From Octopus sinensis (taxonomy: Eukaryota), in NCBI RefSeq assembly GCF_006345805.1, contig NC_043002.1:62001-126000 (forward strand): a stretch of 64,000 nt of DNA, written 5' to 3'. Position numbers and translations under genes: made by a program. The notes under the pieces were generated by a model. The model saw only the letters and a list, made by a program, of their open reading frames with translations, made no database searches and had not been told where the DNA came from. This document shows positions 59,447-64,000 of the stretch, in pieces (position 1 is the stretch's first letter; each line of letters starts with the position of its first letter).

Positions 59447-59633
59447 CATATACATATATATACATATACATATATATACATATATACATATATACATATA
59501 TACATATATACATATACATATATATACATATATACATATACATACATATATACTATATACAAATACAATATTACATATATAACAATATATATCATATACA
59601 TACATATATAAATATATATATATATATACATAT

Positions 59634-59680
<47 letters not shown>

Positions 59681-59690
59681 TATATATATA
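59123..59690. repeat. About 570-bp compound (TA)n/(TACA)n microsatellite
   Basis: Seen directly; source of the YI/MY-repeat ORFs. Confidence 0.97.
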
Positions 59691-59979
59691 CGACAGTCTT
59701 CTTTCAGTTTCCGTCTACCAAATCCACTCACAGGCATTGGTCGGCCCGAGCTATAGTAGAAGACACTTGCCCAAGATGCCACGCAGTGGGACTGAACCCA
59801 GAACCATGTGGTTGGTTAGCAAGCTACTTACCACACAGCCACTCCCTGGTAATGAACAGCTGACTCTTGTAATACATCTCCAGCATTAGAAGCTGTGCAA
59901 AGGCAATGATAATAATAATAACAACAACAACATCGAAAAATACCTTAGGAATGAAAACCCAGGTTCAAAATGTTCCCAA

Positions 59980-60025
59980 GACACCTGATGAAGGCTGGAG
60001 GGTATATCAGCCGAAACATTGTGTT
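59980..60025 (+). ncRNA. Minimal type I hammerhead ribozyme motif (Penelope type; A at 16.2)
   Basis: GACAC-CTGATGA-A-GGCTG gagggtatat CAGCC-GAAA-CATT-GTGTT: perfect core, 5-bp stem II, 5-bp stem I. Confidence 0.8.
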
Positions 60026-60929
60026 AACAACAAACAAGATGAGGACAAATATCTGTCAAATGTAAATAATTTACATAATTCTTCATCTGTTAAATATTGA
60101 ACCATAAAGTAGTAATATATATCCTGCCACAAAAATCACAGATTATGCTGATCATTTAGTGCCACTCTTTGGTCTAATAAGCCAAGGAGAAACCCTTTTG
60201 CATAGTCTTCAATATTCAGCCAAAGGTATCAGTCTCCATGTTAACTCAGACTAAATAAGCTTTAATCAAAACGGAACGATCCAAACGGTATCTGGCACTC
60301 CTCTCAACTGTGTAGAAAAATTACTTATCTTGGTAGTAAAAATTTTAGCTATGAAAGCAATGTAATCAGATAGATTGGTAAAACCTGGGGTGCCATGCCC
60401 CTCCCAAATGTTTCTTAGTAATGGAAGCCTTTTCGTCCCTTTCCTTCTCCGTTCCTTTTTGTTTTGTAAGTTACATGGCAACCTCACTTCACACCAGTGG
60501 CATGAAAACAGCACCCATTGCACTCTGTAAAGTAGTTGGCACTAGGAAGGACATCCAGCTGTAGAAACCATACCAAAAAGGATACTGGAACTCAACGTAG
60601 CCCTGCAGCTCATTGATTCCTTGGCAAACCATCCTTGCTATGCCAGCTTGGAATGTAGACGTCACATGACGATGCTGAAGTTGTTATTCACACTGATTCT
60701 ACATCTGTTATTCTGTTATTTATCTTTAGATCTGATCTTCTTACCGTTTCTTCCTATGTCGTCTTTCGTCACAGACACTTTCCACTATCAGCCAAGTCTA
60801 CTCATTCATCCAGCACTCATCATCTTTTCATATCACATAGCTAATCCTGCATTTTTTTCCTACATACACTTATAAATGTCATTAACATCTAACTGCTCCT
60901 TCGTGCTTCACTGTCATTCAAGTCAAGGT

Positions 60930-61370
60930 TAACATTCAACATAGTGGAGTGAAAGGCTGATTGTATGATGCCTGTGTATGAATGGCTATGCTCAGTTGCA
61001 GTGGGACATGGGCCCTGATTGCAGACAATATGTGTGAACTGAAAAGGGATGAAGCTATTTACATTCTGCAGGATGTGTAGTATCACTGTGCATGTAGGAC
61101 AAATTGCAAATGTGCAAAGAGAAATGTGGCAAGCAAGAGAGAAAATCATAATAGTTTGGATATGTGGTGCAGATGAATGCAGATAGCTGTATAAAGAAGT
61201 GCCTGCTGCTTGAAGTGGTTGGCACCTGTGGAAGAGGGAGGGCCAGTAAGAGATGGGATGATGAAGTAGTGAGGGCCAATACTCAGGATATTGGGCTTCA
61301 TGGAGGAGATGACTATGGGACATCTCAGTGATGGTTTGGCAATATAAGGTTCTTACAAAAAAACCAACCA
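60930..61370 (+). mobile_element. Old RTE C-terminal fragment
   Basis: GTGAAAGG..GATTGTATGATGCCTGTGTA motif shared with the 48081 copy; G.GRP-like end. Confidence 0.65.
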
Positions 61371-63039
61371 CTTCATTGAAACTAAATTTTGGGAGCACAT
61401 TAATTCACACACTGCAATGAACCAAACTACATCTCTACTTCATTCACTCCTGCTGCCTAATGCTATTCTCTCATATCTCTCTCTCTCTCTCCCTCTCTCT
61501 CTCACTTCCCACTGTATACCCATGTTTCACCACTCACTTCATTCTTCCTTCTCTCTCCTCTCCCTTTGCACTTCTCATGAACTCCCTACTCACTTGCCCT
61601 GTCCAATCCTCTACCGTTCCATTTAGGGTTCACCTTGTATCTTCAGGGTACACCCTAACACATCACAACCATCTCTCTTGCACTCTTTCTCCCTCTCTTT
61701 CGCTGAAGTAAGCATGTATCTCCCCCACAGCATAATACCTGCCTCTCTTCCTCTGTCATACTTAAAACCTCTCATCATTTGGCATGAGGCCACGCCCTCA
61801 ATACTACTGCCCCCCCCCCCCTCTCAGTTGAAGGATCTTTGCCTTGCAACTTGTTGGCCTTGCTGGTGCTGGCGCCATGTAAAAATATATATATATAAGC
61901 ACCCAATATATATTGTAAAATGGTTGGCATTAGGAAGTGCAGCCAAAGGAAACATTGAAGCTTGGCATTGTTCATTGGCTGACCAGCTTAAACCATCCAA
62001 CCCATATCAGCATGGCAGATGGATGCTAAATGATGATGATGATGGTGGTGGTGGCGGCAGTGGAGAAACAACAAAACCTCTTATAGCATCTTTTATATGT
62101 GTAACTAATCTTAATATTCTCTAACATCTCATTGCCTCATCCAGTCCATTTGCATCTGCAATCTTCAAGGTTGACAAAAAAACCCCATTCCTTTCCGTAC
62201 ACTTTGTATGATTGAAATTGTCCAATCATCATCATCATCATCGTTTAACGTCCGTTCTCCATGCTAGCATGGGTTGGATGGTTCGACCGGGGATCTGGGA
62301 AGCCAGAAGGCTGCACCAGGCTCCAGTCTTATCTGGCAATGTTTCTACAGCTGGATGCTCTTCCTAACGCAAACCACTCCGTGTACAACATACCATGCCC
62401 CACACATAAGATACAAAACACAGTAACACACAAAGATACCAGTAATTATTACAAAATAACATACATGAGTATAAATTAGGAATGTTATTTTCCAACAATT
62501 ACTGGCATCCTCACATATTAATACATTTCATAGCATATGTAAAGCATAACATGTTACACATGTATGTATATTATTGTAATTGTCATTTTAGCAAATAAAC
62601 AAATAAGTCAACATAATATAATGCCTAAAAGCCGATGAAACATCTATTGATATATATATATATATATATATATATGACTAGTATAATTTGTGTAATAAAA
62701 AAAAAAGTATCTTTAATGAGATAAAAGGAAGCGATTCAAGTGTGCTATTGGCATGAATCAAGATGAGTTAAGAGATGTGATGTATGGTTTGAAATTTTTT
62801 TCATCTCCAAGAAAGAAAGAAAAAAATCCTGACCATTATATTTGTTAGTGACACTCATAGAACTGGAGAGATAATTGTAAGAAATTAAGATCAAAATTTA
62901 TTTACATGCAGAATACAAAATCTTTGGTAAAAAAAAAAAAGAAGAAAGAAAAAAAGAACAGAAGAGGTTATTCCAAGATAACCTAAGAAGCTTGGCATTT
63001 TGGCATTTCATTTTGGCATTTTGGCATTAAATAAAAGGA

Positions 63040-64000
63040 AGAACAAGGATGGCAAGGAAGCGTTTTTGGATGGTGTCATTGTTTTTATTGTTGAATCTTG
63101 TTTTCCTTTCATTTTGCTTCAACTTTTCTTATTCTTTTGTCTTCAAAAATGTCAGTTCTAGTGTTGCACCTCTCAGTATTTTCTGGGTTTCAGTATCCCA
63201 CTTATTTTCTCACCTCCAACCATTTTAAAGGTTGATCTTAACTGGTCTTTTTAATGGTAGAAGTGGCACCTTCATTGTTTTGTGGTTAATTGACTGAAGA
63301 CAATTTCACAAAAGTAGCTGTCATTTGTCATTCTAACAATGTCTTAAACAATCATAGTTTGGTGTTTCATCATGGCTGGATGCTGGTAATTGAAGGAGTT
63401 GGAAATATGGCTTTGTCAAATAGTCTACCATCAAAATGGTATCTTGTGTCATCACCTGGATTGTCTGGAGAGAGTCCAAAAGTCATCACACAAGTACAAG
63501 GAGAACGCAACCCTGTTTTGACATGTAATTGGGAACTATTCAGAAAGTTTGTTTTCTGAAAAACACATGACATGCTATCATCTTGCATGCTTCCACTTGT
63601 GGGGAGGAAGAGGTTTGGGCAACTAAAAATGCTGAAGAACCAACCACATGGCTTTTCTTTCTATATTGTAAAAAACCTTTTCCAGATTGTAGAAGACAAG
63701 AAGGATGGTTTTTCTCGTCTTGTACAGAAACTCAAGTTGATTGTGCCACAAAGACATGAAAAGCTCATTGAAATTTCAGAAAGATCTTCTCCAGCAGAGA
63801 CTTGAAGGTCATTTATTAGGATTCTTGCAAATATTTCGCCAGGAATGGAAGGCAATGATATTCCAGGATAATTCCAACGAAAATTCCAATCTTCTTTGTT
63901 GGAGACAATAAGCGTATTTTAGAATTCATTTTGCTCAATGCAGATTGTTCCATATTTCGAGGACCAGAATGAAAAATCTGGTTTTGAGAGGTAGACCCCC
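63040..64000 (-). mobile_element. Decayed RTE (BovB-like) RT, continues past the window edge
   Basis: ORFs 63661..63855 (SIPGEIFARIL...GTINLSF) and 63370..63588 (VKTG...YHFDGRLFD). Confidence 0.75.

Noticed and set aside
59119-59889. Long ORFs (256, 127, 139, 144 aa) and similar YI/MY/CV-repeat ORFs at 23923, 25225, 38982, 39336, 53934
   Set aside because: Stop-free by-products of (TA)n/(TACA)n/(TG)n microsatellites
60142-60225. Phase 1-1 open segment DYADHLVPLFGLISQGETLLHSLQYSAK as exon 15
   Set aside because: No polypyrimidine tract and no recognisable domain or TM segment

Overview
AT-rich eukaryotic (animal) genomic DNA; the repeat families look like those of octopus/cephalopods (from recall, not a database search). 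One protein-coding gene runs on the + strand through the window and is open at both ends. I reconstructed 14 phase-compatible coding exons (125..56092; 1982 nt, about 660 aa). They encode VWD C-half, Cys-rich linker, Ig/cadherin-like repeat, EGF x2, cbEGF x2, SEA-like module with an RTKR furin site, EGF and cbEGF, i.e. a MUC4/SUSD2-related invertebrate mucin-like membrane or matrix protein. One intron is GC-AG. The introns are packed with transposon debris: R4/Dong-like LINEs with restriction-like endonuclease (two begin at (TAA)n tracts), RTE LINEs with a PHD-type finger inside the RT, CR1 LINEs (one young, with an uninterrupted RT frame), four mariner copies, hAT- and piggyBac-type MITEs, foldback elements, tRNA/CORE-type SINEs and microsatellites. 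There is a 100-N gap at 57490..57589. The best unannotated signal is four Penelope-type minimal hammerhead ribozyme motifs (1097-, 16905+, 40187-, 59980+); both sense-strand copies carry a substitution next to the cleavage site. No rRNA, true tRNA or CRISPR array is supported.
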